From NCBI GenBank assembly GCA_964637135.1, contig CAZWTX010000020.1:1-46275 (forward strand): DNA of 46,275 nt, read 5' to 3'. Under the pieces are notes generated by a model. It searched no databases. It was given only the letters and a program-made list of their open reading frames with translations, and was not told the origin of the DNA. How positions within the stretch are numbered: the stretch's first letter is position 1; the number at the start of each line of letters is the position of its first letter. This DNA comes from an uncultured Methanospirillum sp. (GTDB lineage Archaea; Halobacteriota; Methanomicrobia; Methanomicrobiales; Methanospirillaceae). The position numbers were made by a program, and so were the translations under genes. Positions 46,104 to 46,275 of the stretch are shown here, piece by piece.

Positions 46104-46125
46104 CTATCACGATTTATCATGATAG
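46104..46125. promoter_or_regulatory. Imperfect palindrome, candidate operator
   Basis: CTATCACGAT-TT-ATCATGATAG; another TATCATGA half-site at ~46080. Confidence 0.45.
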
Positions 46126-46180
46126 AGAGAGAAGGTGAGACAGACTGTTCCTGTCTTGTACGGATCCGGGAGGGAAGCGA

Positions 46181-46275
46181 GTGATTCCCTTTCTTATAAC
46201 TGCACTGCTTGCATTTCTCTTTTACCTGATCCTTGTAGTGGGATCCGGTGATATCCTCTTCTGGTCATGGGAAGA
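46181..46275 (+). CDS. MbhA/MnhE-type Na+/H+ antiporter subunit E, N-terminus (runs off window)
   Basis: GGGAGGG RBS, GTG start, VIPFLITALLAFLFYLILVVGSGDILFWSWE resembles the MbhA N-terminus (F...F...L.L.AGS...WS.EE). Confidence 0.65.
   Translation, partial: MIPFLITALLAFLFYLILVVGSGDILFWSWE

Overview
Chromosomal segment of a methanogenic archaeon; gene content (tfrAB, Sm-L37e, SepF-ZPR1, DUF1890/DUF1894, DUF2115, arfC, start of an Mbh/Mrp operon) points to Methanomicrobiales, probably Methanospirillum-like (inference). Left to right: (1) a nucleotide-sugar cluster whose UDP-glucose dehydrogenase gene is cut at base ~50 by what looks like an IS5-family end, then galU and a UDP-glucuronate decarboxylase; (2) a decayed IS256 transposase and a secreted subtilase-PKD gene flanked on both sides by ~100-bp inverted-repeat doublets built from one ~20-bp motif; (3) manC, an ABC substrate-binding lipoprotein, tRNA-Val(GAC) and housekeeping genes (serA, purF, rpl37e, Sm, PUA, sepF, ZPR1, purM, aspartokinase, tfrAB); (4) an orphan DNA methyltransferase and a glutaredoxin-thioredoxin reductase fusion; (5) a cell-surface operon with a dockerin-bearing repeat protein, a cohesin protein and a C-terminally anchored protein, preceded by a stand-alone Cache protein; (6) an oxidative-stress/DNA-repair cluster (rubrerythrin, RadC, three flavodoxin/Isf proteins, desulforedoxin, CMD, peroxiredoxin, MrfB/MrfA-like pair); (7) an archaeal TerY-P triad (vWA, PP2C, kinase) whose kinase has three Ig-like repeats and a tandem kinase/pseudokinase; (8) a secreted galaxin-like Cys-repeat protein, more housekeeping genes and the start of an MbhA/MnhE gene. 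All calls come from reading motifs by eye; no database searches were run.
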